The notes under the pieces are model-generated. The model had not been told where the DNA came from. It did not search any database and saw nothing but the letters and a program-made list of their open reading frames with translations. From positions 32,078,012 to 32,142,011 of the forward strand of contig CP154954.1 in NCBI GenBank assembly GCA_039621445.1: a stretch of 64,000 nucleotides of DNA, read 5' to 3'. Shown here in pieces: positions 62,554 through 64,000 of the stretch (position 1 is the stretch's first letter; each line of letters opens with the position of its first letter). The stretch is from Euglena gracilis (lineage: Eukaryota). A program made the position numbers and the translations under genes.

Positions 62554-62975
62554 CAAGCTTTTGCTTAAGGACCCCCGGGGGGGTGCTGGCTAGCCAATCG
62601 GCTAGACACCGGAAAAATTGGACTAGCTAGACCCCCCCTCCCCCCCGGGGGGAGGGGGGGTCCCCCCCACTGGAAAAAAAATTTCCTCCGGCGCTGTGCG
62701 CCGAGGTGGAAATGAGGTTTCTAATAGGTTTTTGGCTGATTTTGTTCCAAAACTTCCCAAGAATCGCCAAAAACGGGCATTTTTGGTCATTTTTGGGGGT
62801 CCCAAAAAAAATTTCCGGCGCTTGGCGCTGGTCAATGGAAAAAAAATTGCACTAGTTAGCCCTGCTAGCAGACCCCCCCCCATGGGGGTCTGCTAGAAAT
62901 CCCACTAGCCAAGTTTGGACTAGCTGCAGTCCAGCCCCCCCCGGGGGGTACTGCAATCCCTTAAACAAAAGCCTG
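62554..62975 (+). mobile_element. hAT-like MITE (same family as 18742-19179) at the LINE 5' end
   Basis: TIR CAAGCTTTTGCTTAAGG / CCTTAAACAAAAGCCTG; flanks TTGGCAAC / CTCGCAAC (6/8). Confidence 0.75.
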
Positions 62976-63279
62976 CTCGCAACAGCGATCGACCTTCAAC
63001 AAAACAGCTTTTCACCAAAAAAAACTGTATGCAAACTGTTGGGGGAGGGAATACAAATTGTATCGGGGGGGGGGGATGCCCATTGGGGACCGAATGCCTG
63101 GCCGGGAGAGGGCTCCTCCTCCACCTGCTCCAAGCCATCGAACGAGACGGTGCGGCGCTCCGTTGATCGCCCATTCCGGGCGGCGGCGCGCCGGCAACGA
63201 GCGGGGTCGCCGGAGCCGTGGCCAGGGACCGAGGCCGAGGCGGTTGGTGGACGGCGCGCCAGGAGGGCGGGGCCTGGCC

Positions 63280-63619
63280 CAGGGTTCGATATAAGCAAAG
63301 GTGGGGGGGTGGTCTGGACCCCCCCTGCGGGCCAGGAGGGGGGGGGGGGCACCCCCCCACCTAAACAATTGCCATTTTGGGCACATTTTGGGCAAAAATG
63401 TGCCAAAAATGCAAAAAAAAAAAAATTCGGCGCAAAGCGCCGGAGGAAAAACTTGACCCTTTTTGGGGGGGGTCTCGGGAACCCCCCCGAGGGTCGGTCC
63501 GGACTCCCCTTGCAGGTGGGGGGGGGGGTGGTCCGGACCCCCCTGCGGGCCAGGAGGGGGGGGGGTGGGGGGACACCCCCCCACCTAAACCATGTACGCC
63601 CTCCTTATATCAAACCCTG
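63280..63619 (+). mobile_element. hAT-like MITE (CAGGGTTCGATATAAG family), copy 2
   Basis: Same termini and internal sequence as 20720-21135 with an internal deletion; perfect TSD GCCTGGCC. Confidence 0.92.
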
Positions 63620-64000
63620 GCCTGGCCGCTGTCCTGACCCGGATCAAACCACATCGTCAACCGCGCCGGTCCCCCACGGGGTCGCCCGGCTTCCTCCGGC
63701 ACCGTCGCCCCCACCGGTCTCCGCCCTCCTCCGGTCCCTGGGCGCCTCCCTCGTTGTTCCGCCGGGTTGGGAGGCGGGACCGCGTGGGGCCGTTGGGCCC
63801 GGCCGGGGGGCTGGGGCACGAGGGGGTGCAGCCCATCGGCTGCCTCTTGAGGGAGGGTCAGGGGAAGAAGAACTGCACGGCGTAGCCCTGGGGGGCAGGG
63901 CGGTACGGGAAGGCCACGGTGGGGGGGGGTCGACTCCTGCCCACCGTGGCACCCGTTCAAAGAAAATTGCTTTGGCGCCAAGGCGCCGAAAGGACATTTT

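Noticed and set aside
1..64000. Spliced host gene, tRNA, rRNA or spliced-leader gene
   Set aside because: None recognised by eye. Short exons scattered between repeats cannot be excluded without transcript data.

Overview
A repeat-saturated eukaryotic window, probably from a protist (inference from an interstitial TTAGGG tract and the transposon content). I found no intact host gene, RNA gene or CRISPR array; nearly all ORFs in the track are spurious. The one large coding structure is a decayed, near full-length non-LTR retrotransposon on the minus strand (~54.9-62.5 kb). It has ORF1 with a coiled coil overlapping ORF2, and ORF2 carries an AP-endonuclease, RT, RNase H, a CCHC finger, a long unexplained C-terminal extension with a duplicated motif, and a terminal PIP-box-like peptide. 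The rest is non-autonomous DNA transposons, several confirmed by empty sites in paralogous sequence within the window. They include hAT-like elements with 8-bp TSDs (several families carry family-specific, same-orientation tandem arrays at both ends) and TA-flanked Tc1/mariner-type MITEs with poly-C/G termini. There is also a Tc1 transposase remnant, possible piggyBac-like and MULE-like remnants, a recent 2.9-kb tandem duplication, and a ~20-kb patchwork of one large repeat unit containing a 1.26-kb inversion. All calls are from manual reading; no database searches were run.
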